DNA from: an uncultured Clostridia bacterium | GTDB lineage: Bacteria; Bacillota; Clostridia; TANB77; CAG-508 | NCBI GenBank assembly: GCA_934167685.1 | Contig: CAKPLQ010000002.1 | Location: 18,352 to 82,351 of the forward strand | Direction of reading: 5' to 3' | Length of the DNA stretch: 64,000 nucleotides | Part shown: one piece after another, positions 34,015 to 41,991 of the stretch | Layout: every line of letters starts with the position of its first letter | Position numbering within the stretch: the stretch's first letter is position 1 | Translations under genes and position numbers: made by a program | Notes under the pieces: generated by a model | What the model saw: only the letters and a program-made list of their open reading frames with translations | Database searches by the model: none | Told to the model about the DNA's origin: nothing

Positions 34015-35334
34015 CTAAGGTCTAATAAGAGTATCTTTCTCATCAGGTCCAATTCCGATAAATTTTACAGGGATGCCGGTATAATGTTCTATAAAATTAA
34101 TAAAATTCATAGCATTTTCAGGCAAGTCAGCAAAAGTTTTGCAATTGCTTAAATCCCAACCGCCGAGAAATGTTGTATACACTGGGGTACATGCTTCGGC
34201 ATGAACGGGAACATAAGTGATTTCAGTATTGGTACCATTATAAACATAAAAGTATGATGTGCAAACATTGATATAACCTAATTCCAGACCAATTTTACCA
34301 ATTGTATCAAGGTGGTTAAGGCATAAAGCCGTGACTCCGTTGATTGTAATAGCGTTTTTTAATCGAACCAAGTCGAGCCAACCACATCGGCGTGGACGTT
34401 TGGTTGTTGTACCATATTCATGTCCAAGTTCTCGAATAAGTTCACCAGTTTCATCTAATAATTCGGTATTAAATGGACCTTCGCCAACCCGTGAACAATA
34501 GGCCTTGATGATGCCATATACATTTTTAATGTATTTTGGACCGATTCCTGCAGCTGAAGCTGTGCCGGCTGTTGATGGATTAGAAGATGTTACATAAGGG
34601 TAATCACCAGAATCTAAATCCAGGTATAAAGACTGGGCTCCTTCAATTACGATTTTTTTGTTTTGCTCAAGTGCTGGAAAAATAATTTCTCTTTCATCTC
34701 TAATAAACTGAGATAAGAGCTTTCTGTATTTTTCACAATAAGTGAACGAGTTTTTTATAATTGTTCCTAAAGGCTCCTTGAGTTCTTCGCAAAGGTATTT
34801 TTCGGAGTTCAATAGCAAATCAACTGGCTCAGTTGCTAATTGAATTTTCGAAACTAATTCTTCATCAGAACAAGTTACTAAATCTCCCATTCTAATTCCA
34901 ACACGATTGATTTTATCGGCATAACATGGTCCGATGCCTCTGAGGGTTGTTCCAATTTTTTTATCACCTTTTAAGGTTTCATAAAATTTGTCCATTTTGA
35001 TGTGATATGGAAAAATAATATGTGCTCTAGGGCTGATAATCAGATTATCTGATGTGATAGAAATTCCACAATCTTGTAATGTTTGAATTTCATCAGCCAA
35101 AACTGCTAAATCGATTACAACTCCTGGAGCAATGATTGAAATGGTGTTAGGTTTGATGATTGACGCAGGGAGTAAGTGCAGTGCAAATTTTCTACCATTT
35201 GCTACTACAGTATGTCCTGCATTGTTTCCACCAGTTGCCCGAATACAAATTGCATTATCGGAAATAAAGTGAGAAACGCGACCTTTTCCTTCGTCGCCCC
35301 ATTGAAGTCCTACAATAATTGATACGTTACTCAT
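34015..35334 (-). CDS. purA: Adenylosuccinate synthase
   Basis: 'GLQWGDEGKG', 'GGNNAGHTV', 'GTTLRGIGPCY', 'TTKRPRRCGWLD'. Confidence 0.95.
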   Translation of the reverse strand: MSNVSIIVGLQWGDEGKGRVSHFISDNAICIRATGGNNAGHTVVANGRKFALHLLPASIIKPNTISIIAPGVVIDLAVLADEIQTLQDCGISITSDNLIISPRAHIIFPYHIKMDKFYETLKGDKKIGTTLRGIGPCYADKINRVGIRMGDLVTCSDEELVSKIQLATEPVDLLLNSEKYLCEELKEPLGTIIKNSFTYCEKYRKLLSQFIRDEREIIFPALEQNKKIVIEGAQSLYLDLDSGDYPYVTSSNPSTAGTASAAGIGPKYIKNVYGIIKAYCSRVGEGPFNTELLDETGELIRELGHEYGTTTKRPRRCGWLDLVRLKNAITINGVTALCLNHLDTIGKIGLELGYINVCTSYFYVYNGTNTEITYVPVHAEACTPVYTTFLGGWDLSNCKTFADLPENAMNFINFIEHYTGIPVKFIGIGPDEKDTLIRP

Positions 35335-35399
35335 TCTTTTCCTCCTTTATTGTCTAAAGTTTTAGTGAAATAAAGTTACATAAAAACTATACCGCCAAT

Positions 35400-35428
35400 A
35401 TTATAACATATATTTAAGCCTAGAGCAA
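35400..35428 (-). promoter_or_regulatory. Candidate purA promoter (minus strand)
   Basis: On the minus strand: TTGCTC, 17 nt, then TGtTATAAT (extended -10). Confidence 0.5.
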
Positions 35429-35457
35429 TATGTTAACTTTATTTTTTAAACTCTGGT

Positions 35458-36747
35458 CTATTTTTTTACTGGTGTTAATTTTTCTGTTCCACCCATATAA
35501 GGTCTTAAAACTTCTGGAACAGTGATAGTTCCATCTTCATTATAATTGTTTTCTATAACAGCAATTAAACCTCTAGGTGTAGCAACAACAGTGTTGTTTA
35601 AAGTGTGAACGAAATAGTTGCCTTTTTCACCTTTTGCACGAATTCCTAAACGTCTTGCTTGTGCATCACCTAATGTAGAGCAACTGCAAACTTCGAAATA
35701 TTTTTGTTGACGTGGGCTCCAAGCCTCGATGTCACATGATTTTACTTTTAAATCAGCCAAGTCTCCAGAACAGCAGTCAAGTTGTCTAACTGGAACATTA
35801 AAGCTTCTAAATAAATCAACACTTAATTTCCACATTTTGTTATACCAATTCATAGAATCTTCTGGTTCGCAAAGAACAATCATTTCTTGTTTTTCAAATT
35901 GATGAACACGGTATAAACCTCTTTCTTCTAGCCCATGAGAACCAATTTCTTTTCTAAAACATGGTGAATATGATGTCATTGTTATTGGTAAGTCTGATTT
36001 TTTGATGATTTGGTCCTTGAATCTTCCGATCATAGAGTGTTCAGAAGTACCAATTAAGAATAAATCTTCACCTTCAATTTTATACATCATAGCATCCATT
36101 TCTTCGAAACTCATTACACCTGTAACAACATCAGAACGAATCATAAATGGGGGAATGCAGTAGGTAAAGCCATTGTTTATCATGTAATCTCTGGCATATG
36201 CTAACATTGCCTCATGTAATCTAGCGATGTCGCCAATTAGGTAGTAGAATCCCATACCGCTTGTTCTGCCAGCACTTTCTTTATCTAAACCATTAAATGT
36301 ATTTATTATGTCAGCATGATGTGGAATTTCATAGCTTGGAACTGTAGGGTCTCCAAATTTTTGAACTTCTACATTTTCGCTGTCATCTTTTCCAATTGGA
36401 ACACTTGCGTCCATGATGTTTGGAATTTTCATCATTCTTGTTTTTATTTCTTCTGAATATTTTTCTTCAAGTGCTTCGTTTTCTTCAAGTGCAGAATTGA
36501 TTTTTTGTACTTCTTGTCTTAATTTTTCTGCTTCGTCTTTTTGGCCTGCTTTCATAAGTTGACCAATTTGTTCACTTGTTTTTTTTCTGTCAGCTCTTAA
36601 ATTGTCTCCATTTAGTTTAGCTTCTCTATTTTTTTTATCTAATTCTAAAACTTCATCAACTAAAACAAGTTTCTGGTCTTGAAATTTTTTCTTGATATTG
36701 TCTTTTACCAATTCTGGATTTTCTCTAATTAATTTTATATCTATCAT
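35458..36747 (-). CDS. serS: Serine--tRNA ligase
   Basis: N-terminal coiled-coil arm 'MIDIKLIRENPELV' and class II core 'FRKE.G..G...RGLYRVHQFEK.E', 'TLNNT'. Confidence 0.95.
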   Translation of the reverse strand: MIDIKLIRENPELVKDNIKKKFQDQKLVLVDEVLELDKKNREAKLNGDNLRADRKKTSEQIGQLMKAGQKDEAEKLRQEVQKINSALEENEALEEKYSEEIKTRMMKIPNIMDASVPIGKDDSENVEVQKFGDPTVPSYEIPHHADIINTFNGLDKESAGRTSGMGFYYLIGDIARLHEAMLAYARDYMINNGFTYCIPPFMIRSDVVTGVMSFEEMDAMMYKIEGEDLFLIGTSEHSMIGRFKDQIIKKSDLPITMTSYSPCFRKEIGSHGLEERGLYRVHQFEKQEMIVLCEPEDSMNWYNKMWKLSVDLFRSFNVPVRQLDCCSGDLADLKVKSCDIEAWSPRQQKYFEVCSCSTLGDAQARRLGIRAKGEKGNYFVHTLNNTVVATPRGLIAVIENNYNEDGTITVPEVLRPYMGGTEKLTPVKK

Positions 36748-36861
36748 TTTTACCAGTCCTTTCCTTTCACATTAATGCTGATATTATATAACAAAAGTCA
36801 AGAAATATCAATAAAATTTGAGGAATTTGTAAATAATAAGCTTGTTAAAGGAGAGATGATT

Positions 36862-37698
36862 ATGGAATTGTTATGGGAGATAGTTCAGTTCGCTTTTTAT
36901 TCTGGATTGATTGTCTTAATTTCAAAATATATATTAGTTAGAACACTAAGAAGTTTGGCAGAAAATCTGAATTTAAAACCAAAGACTGTTGGCGATATTG
37001 CGGGAGTTGCAACATCTGTGCCAGAATTGCTGACAATTGGTGCTGCAAGTATTAACGGACTGTTGGGAGCGAGCATTTATAATGTGTTGAGTTCTAATGT
37101 GATAAATTTAATTCAGTATAGTGGCGCGATTGCGTTAAATAAAAATCAAAGTGCTATAAAAAATAAGGCTATTAAAATAGATATATTTCTAGTTATAATA
37201 ACAATTATTATACCAATATTTTTTAGTATTTTAAAAAGTGAGTTTCAATTGGCGATGGTGCCAGTTTTTATTATATTGTATTGGGGATTTAAAAAGATTA
37301 ATAATAATGTGCATAAATTGTATCTTCCGATAGATGAAGATGTAGAAGATTCTGCAACGCAAAAGAATTCTAATAAATTTAGACTTTTTAGAGATATAGT
37401 TATTTTGATTATTACTGGTATACTTTTATTTGTGATAGGCGATTGGCTTGGAAATACTTTAGAGGTCCTTTGTAGAAGGTTTAATGTTCCAGAATTGGTG
37501 GTTGGAATTGTTTTAGGATTTATTACAAGTATTCCAGAATTGATTACTTTTTTTGAGGCACAACGTCACCATAAAAAGGCTGAAAATGAGATGTTGGGCG
37601 TTGTTGAGGCTACTAATAATTTGCTTATGTCTAATATGATGAATTTGTTTGTTATTCAATCTATAGGAATTCTATTATTCCAGTTTTTTGGTTCTTAA
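36862..37698 (+). CDS. Na+/Ca2+ exchanger-family (CaCA/YrbG-like) membrane protein
   Basis: Two alpha-repeat motifs, 'GVATSVPELLT' and 'GFITSIPELITF', and multiple TMs. The start is placed at ATG 36862, 6 nt after aaaggagag; the ORF track extends to 36775. Confidence 0.7.
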   Translation: MELLWEIVQFAFYSGLIVLISKYILVRTLRSLAENLNLKPKTVGDIAGVATSVPELLTIGAASINGLLGASIYNVLSSNVINLIQYSGAIALNKNQSAIKNKAIKIDIFLVIITIIIPIFFSILKSEFQLAMVPVFIILYWGFKKINNNVHKLYLPIDEDVEDSATQKNSNKFRLFRDIVILIITGILLFVIGDWLGNTLEVLCRRFNVPELVVGIVLGFITSIPELITFFEAQRHHKKAENEMLGVVEATNNLLMSNMMNLFVIQSIGILLFQFFGS

Positions 37699-37764
37699 AA
37701 TATGGATAATAATGTAAATGCGCGCATATAATATATATATCAGGACAAGAAATGGGGGAAGAAT

Positions 37765-38061
37765 ATGGGAGAGGAATTTTGGCTGGAACAATTGAGCAGA
37801 AGTAAAAGTGATGATGAGCTAGAAGCGGAACTTTTAAAGAATATTGTAGAAACTAAAAATGTGTTGGAGACTGCAAGACGTAATTTTGAGTATGCTGAGG
37901 ACGAGTTGATAGATTATTATACTTATCAGATAAAAGCTCATCAATCTAAGTTGGATTATTTGATTAAAATTGCAAAGGTTAAAGGTATACAGATTAGCAG
38001 GGCTCAAGATTTGAAAACTAAATTGTATAATAAATTAAATAAAAATAATATTGCAGGATAG
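37765..38061 (+). CDS. yaaL: YaaL/DUF2508-like small protein
   Basis: 'DELIDYYTYQIKAHQSKLDYLIKIAKVKG' fits the DUF2508 pattern. It lies immediately upstream of bofA, as in Bacillus. Confidence 0.55.
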   Translation: MGEEFWLEQLSRSKSDDELEAELLKNIVETKNVLETARRNFEYAEDELIDYYTYQIKAHQSKLDYLIKIAKVKGIQISRAQDLKTKLYNKLNKNNIAG

Positions 38062-38100
38062 TGAATATTTGTCCAGTATTGCACATACAAAATAATAGAG

Positions 38101-38374
38101 GTGAATGCTGTGAATATAAATGTTTTGATAATTATATCTTGTATATGTATGTTTTTTGTTATTGGTAGAATTTTTATTATTCCGTTAAAGAAGATTTTGA
38201 AGCTTGTTTTTAATTCGATTATTGGCGGAATTTTGATTTGGCTAATTAATTTGATAGGTGGCATCTGGAGCTTTCATATTGGATTGAATTTTTTTACTTC
38301 TATTTGGGTGCGGAGTTCTGGGCGTCCCAGGTGCTGTGCTACTTATAATTCTTAAGTTGATTTTTAACATATAA
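38101..38374 (+). pseudogene. bofA: bofA (pro-sigma-K processing inhibitor) with a +1 frameshift at a T7 run
   Basis: Frame 1 gives ..NSIIGGILIWLINLIGGIWSFHIGLNFF and then a nonsense tail to 38355. The +1 frame, open from 38288, gives ..GCGVLGVPGAVLLIILKLIFNI* (stop 38372-74), which matches the BofA C-terminus 'GILGIPG.A.LV'. The T7 run is at 38289-38295. Confidence 0.65.
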
Positions 38375-38380
38375 AAGAAT

Positions 38381-38408
38381 ACCCAGAGTCAATTTGACTC
38401 TGGGTTTT
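38381..38408. terminator. Bidirectional terminator
   Basis: acccagagtc / gactctgggt form a 10-bp perfect stem with a 5-nt loop. T4 lies 3' and an A-run lies 5'. Confidence 0.75.
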
Positions 38409-38435
38409 AGGAGCTTGGAGCTCTCTGTTAGCAGA

Positions 38436-38681
38436 TTAGCAATCTATTCGATTGAAATCCATTATCTGCTGCAGGGCTTTACTAGCCGCTGGTACAAGCT
38501 CAAAAGCTGTTGCCTTTGGAAAGGCAGACTTAAACTTATTGAAAAAATCCATCTGGTACTTATAAAAGCACCCTCTGAATTCTGAATCAGGTATTGTTAC
38601 CTGCTCTTCTTTGCCATTGTGTGTTCCAATTAATATGAAACTGTTTTGCCCCCGGGTTACTCTTACGATGTTGTTACTCAT
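38436..38681 (-). CDS. Small hypothetical protein (81 aa) in a G+C-richer patch
   Basis: RBS aggagga lies 8 nt upstream on the minus strand. By eye the composition is clearly richer in G+C than the flanks. Confidence 0.6.
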   Translation of the reverse strand: MSNNIVRVTRGQNSFILIGTHNGKEEQVTIPDSEFRGCFYKYQMDFFNKFKSAFPKATAFELVPAASKALQQIMDFNRIDC

Positions 38682-38758
38682 TTTCGCATCCTCCTAAAAA
38701 TTTGATATTTTAATTATAGCACAAAAAATGATAATGTGCAAATTTTATTAAAATAATA

Positions 38759-38787
38759 TTGCGATAATTATTAAGTTAGTGTAAAAT
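38759..38787 (+). promoter_or_regulatory. Candidate sigma-A promoter upstream of 38856
   Basis: TTGCGA, 17 nt, then TAAAAT preceded by TG. Confidence 0.45.
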
Positions 38788-38855
38788 ATAGATGGATAAT
38801 AAAAACAAAAGAAAAATGTCGAAAAAGAACGAAAGAAGGGAGCACAAAATAAAAC

Positions 38856-40505
38856 GTGAAAAATTTATTACGTAAACATAGAAAATCAAACAAAAAGAAT
38901 CGATTTCAAAAATATGTGTTAGTTATTTTTGCCCTTATAATGTCAACCTTTGCATGGCTTGCTTATTCCAAAATATTAAATACTCATTTAAATATACATG
39001 TTGCAGCATGGGACATGGAGTATTTTATAGAGGGTGAGAAAAAGGAAAATCCAATAGGCATCGAGTTTCCAACGTTATATCCGCAAATGCCGGAACAAAC
39101 GGTAACTGTGGATATTTTGAATAATGGAGAGGCATTGGTAGATTTAAGTTATGATGTTAAAGCAATATCAATAGCAGGAGTAACTTATGAACTAGTAAGG
39201 ACAGGAGAACAGCCAACAACTGAAAATTATATAAATATAGCTGACCCCGTAACAGCTACTAATCAAGAGACAGGGGAAGAAATATCTAAAGGCGAAATTA
39301 TAAACGATATAACAAAATTTCCGTTTACATTAACTATAGAACATTCTTTGCAAGTGGCTTCGAAAGATACGGCATATCTAAAAGTCACAGCTAATTGGCT
39401 TGGAGATAATGATGATTTAGATTCGCAATGGGGCTATATTGTAGGAAAGTATTTTATGGATAACCCAGATGCAACTTCTGCAATTAGCATTACTCTAAGC
39501 ATCGATTCTTATCAAGCAAATGACGAGATTAAGGCCGATAAGAATACTACTGCTGGAACGTATCTTCCAACAGGATTTACTCAAGTGGAAGGCACTACTT
39601 TAGATAATGGCTTAACAATTCAAGATAGTAAAGGCAATCAATATGTGTGGGTCGAAGTCCCTAAAACAGCTGAAGTTTACCCAACTGCAGGCCTAAATGT
39701 TACTGCTTTTTCTGATGATGATTATACTAAAATAGAAAATGATTTGCATACATATACGAGTGTGTATAGAAATGGAACAAGTTATAAAGATGAATATTAT
39801 TCAGATGCAGCAACAGGATTGACAAAAGACCAGTATGCAGAATTAAAGAAAAAGATGTTAAAAAGTGTATACAAAAATGGAGGATTTTATGTTGGAAAAT
39901 ATGAAACAGGAATAGAAAATGCGCCAAAAACATCTGGTTCATCATCAACAGCACCAACAGAAATACCAGTAATAAAGCAAAATGCATATCCATATAATTG
40001 GGTAACATGTAGTCAAGCACAAACATTAGCAAGTAGTATGGAATCTGGAAGTTATACAAGTAGTTTGATGTTTGGAGTACAATGGGATTTAGTATTAAAA
40101 TATTTAGAGACAAAAGGAACAGCACAAGCTGATTTAAAAACAGATAGTACAAGTTGGGGAAATTACTATAATAATTTATGGAATATAACAAATGCAAATT
40201 CTAAGTATTATTATTATGTTAATTCAAAATGGACAAGTGGAGCATATGGAAAAAAAGCTTCAGTTGAAACTATATTATTATCAACAGGAGCAAGTGAAGA
40301 ATTTAGTAAACAAGGAATATATGATATAGCTGGAAATGTAATGGAATGGACATTAGAATATGCTTTTAATTCGAGGTGGTCTTGTGCTAATCGTGGCGGC
40401 TCTTACAATACCAATGGCAGCCTCTCTTATCAAGCTAGCACCCGCGACGACGGTGGTACGGATGTTTACGATAACAACCTCGGCTTCCGTGTAGCACTTT
40501 ATTAA
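38856..40505 (+). CDS. Secreted fusion protein: TasA-like N-terminal domain with a SipW-dependent-type signal, plus a C-terminal FGE-sulfatase (SUMF1-like, C-type-lectin fold) domain
   Basis: GTG start. The N-terminus is ..YVLVIFALIMSTFAWLAYSKILNT, with 'LKVTANWLGDNDDLD'. The C-terminal part has 'GGFYVGKYE', 'MFGVQWD', 'GIYDIAGNVMEWTLE', and 'RGGSY......R.......NLGFRVALY'. Confidence 0.7.
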   Translation: MKNLLRKHRKSNKKNRFQKYVLVIFALIMSTFAWLAYSKILNTHLNIHVAAWDMEYFIEGEKKENPIGIEFPTLYPQMPEQTVTVDILNNGEALVDLSYDVKAISIAGVTYELVRTGEQPTTENYINIADPVTATNQETGEEISKGEIINDITKFPFTLTIEHSLQVASKDTAYLKVTANWLGDNDDLDSQWGYIVGKYFMDNPDATSAISITLSIDSYQANDEIKADKNTTAGTYLPTGFTQVEGTTLDNGLTIQDSKGNQYVWVEVPKTAEVYPTAGLNVTAFSDDDYTKIENDLHTYTSVYRNGTSYKDEYYSDAATGLTKDQYAELKKKMLKSVYKNGGFYVGKYETGIENAPKTSGSSSTAPTEIPVIKQNAYPYNWVTCSQAQTLASSMESGSYTSSLMFGVQWDLVLKYLETKGTAQADLKTDSTSWGNYYNNLWNITNANSKYYYYVNSKWTSGAYGKKASVETILLSTGASEEFSKQGIYDIAGNVMEWTLEYAFNSRWSCANRGGSYNTNGSLSYQASTRDDGGTDVYDNNLGFRVALY

Positions 40506-40582
40506 AGCGTAGACCTGTATCCAATACAGCGATACACTAGAATGGACTCAACCAAAGAATTAAATATAAAAATTAGAACGAG

Positions 40583-40654
40583 TGCACCGCAGGGATCGGT
40601 TCTCTGCGGTGCAAAATAAAAAATGCACGGCAGAGAACCGGTCCCAAACGTGCA
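40583..40654. repeat. Inverted pair of the 31-nt repeat (40583-40613 and 40624-40654, 10-nt spacer)
   Basis: tgcaccgcaGGGATCGGTTCTctgcggtgca ... tgcacggcagAGAACCGGTCCCaaacgtgca. It ends 21 nt before ATG 40675. Confidence 0.85.
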
Positions 40655-40674
40655 AAATGAAAGAGAGGTAAAAA

Positions 40675-41991
40675 ATGAGAAAATTACCAAATGGAGTAAG
40701 TAACTATGAAAAAATAGTGAAGGAAAATATGATATATGTAGATAAAACGATGTATATAGAGAAAATGGAAAATTTATCAGATAGTACAATAATGTTTTTG
40801 CGCCCAAGAAAATTTGGAAAGACATTATTTACAAGTACGTTGGAGTGTTATTATGATAAAAACAGAGCTGATAAATTTGATGAGTTATTTGGAAAAACAT
40901 ATATAGGAAAAAATCCCACTCCTAATAAAAATAGATATTGTGTATTAAGATTTAATTTTTCTGGAATAAGTACAAATACAGTAGAAGAAGCAATGAGAGG
41001 ATTTAGAGAAAAGGTTAATATAGGCATAAATGGATTTGTGACAGATTATGGACTAGAGTTTTATAATAATCCTGAGCAAAGCACAGAAGGAATATTAGGG
41101 AGTATATTTGAAGCATTTAGAACACAAAGAAGAGGCGAAAAAATATATGTAATAATAGATGAATACGACCATTTTGCAAATGAGTTATTGGGATTTAAAA
41201 CAGACGAATTCAAAGATTTAGTTGCTAAAAATGGAAAAGTAAGAAAATGGTACGAAATATTAAAAGAAGGAACAGAAACAGTAGTTGATAGGATATTTAT
41301 TACAGGAGTAGCACCAATAACGTTAGATAGTACAACAAGTGGGTTTAATATAGCAAGAGATATAACAAAAAATATAATGTTTAATGATATGCTAGGATTT
41401 AGTAAAGAAGATGTAAAATATTTAATGACAGAAATTGATGTACCAGAAGAGTTATTGCCAATAATAAAAGAAAATTATGATGGATACATATTTTCTAATA
41501 TGATAAAAGGCGATTATGAAAAATACAAAATATACAACTCAAATATGACTTTATATTTTTTAAATGCATATCAAGAACAACAGAAAGTGCCAGAAGAGCT
41601 TGTAGATGTAAACATATTAAGTGACTATGGAAAAATAGAAGCATTTATGGATTTATGCCAAAATATGAATAAAATAGAATTGCTAGAAAAGATTGTGGCA
41701 GAAGAACCAGTAGAAAGTGGATTGACAGAAAAGTTTAATGCAGAGATAAGCTTTGGAGAAAAAGAGCTAATTTCATTGCTATTTTATTTGGGATATTTAA
41801 CAATAAAAGAAAATGAATTTGGAGTGTTAAAATTTGTAACACCAAATGAAGTGATAAGAACAATTTATAGTAATTATTTTCTAGAATATATAAAAAGAAA
41901 AGCCGGCATCAAAGAAGAAATAAAAAATGCACGGCATAGAACCTGTCCCATCGGTGCAGTTAAGTTTTTGCTAAAGGGGGAACAAAAATGA
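40675..41991 (+). CDS. AAA-ATPase_like (PF09820-type) protein, apparently C-terminally truncated
   Basis: '[29 protein letters not shown]...[21 protein letters not shown]' is the hallmark N-terminus of this family. The last ~21 codons (..[20 protein letters not shown]) are read from a repeat unit and the uvrA RBS region. The usual C-terminal PD-(D/E)XK_9 domain seems to be absent. Confidence 0.7.
   Translation: MRKLPNGVSNYEKIVKENMIYVDKTMYIEKMENLSDSTIMFLRPRKFGKTLFTSTLECYYDKNRADKFDELFGKTYIGKNPTPNKNRYCVLRFNFSGISTNTVEEAMRGFREKVNIGINGFVTDYGLEFYNNPEQSTEGILGSIFEAFRTQRRGEKIYVIIDEYDHFANELLGFKTDEFKDLVAKNGKVRKWYEILKEGTETVVDRIFITGVAPITLDSTTSGFNIARDITKNIMFNDMLGFSKEDVKYLMTEIDVPEELLPIIKENYDGYIFSNMIKGDYEKYKIYNSNMTLYFLNAYQEQQKVPEELVDVNILSDYGKIEAFMDLCQNMNKIELLEKIVAEEPVESGLTEKFNAEISFGEKELISLLFYLGYLTIKENEFGVLKFVTPNEVIRTIYSNYFLEYIKRKAGIKEEIKNARHRTCPIGAVKFLLKGEQK
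41928..41958. repeat. Single, slightly degenerate unit of the 31-nt repeat
   Basis: tgcacggcatAGAACCTGTCCCatcggtgca. It ends 30 nt before the uvrA ATG. Confidence 0.7.

Noticed and set aside
35335-36861. T-box or riboswitch leaders for serS, purA or gltX.
   Set aside because: - The upstream untranslated regions are only about 40-120 nt.
- No specifier-loop/T-box (AGGGUGGNACCGCG-like) or purine-riboswitch motifs were seen.
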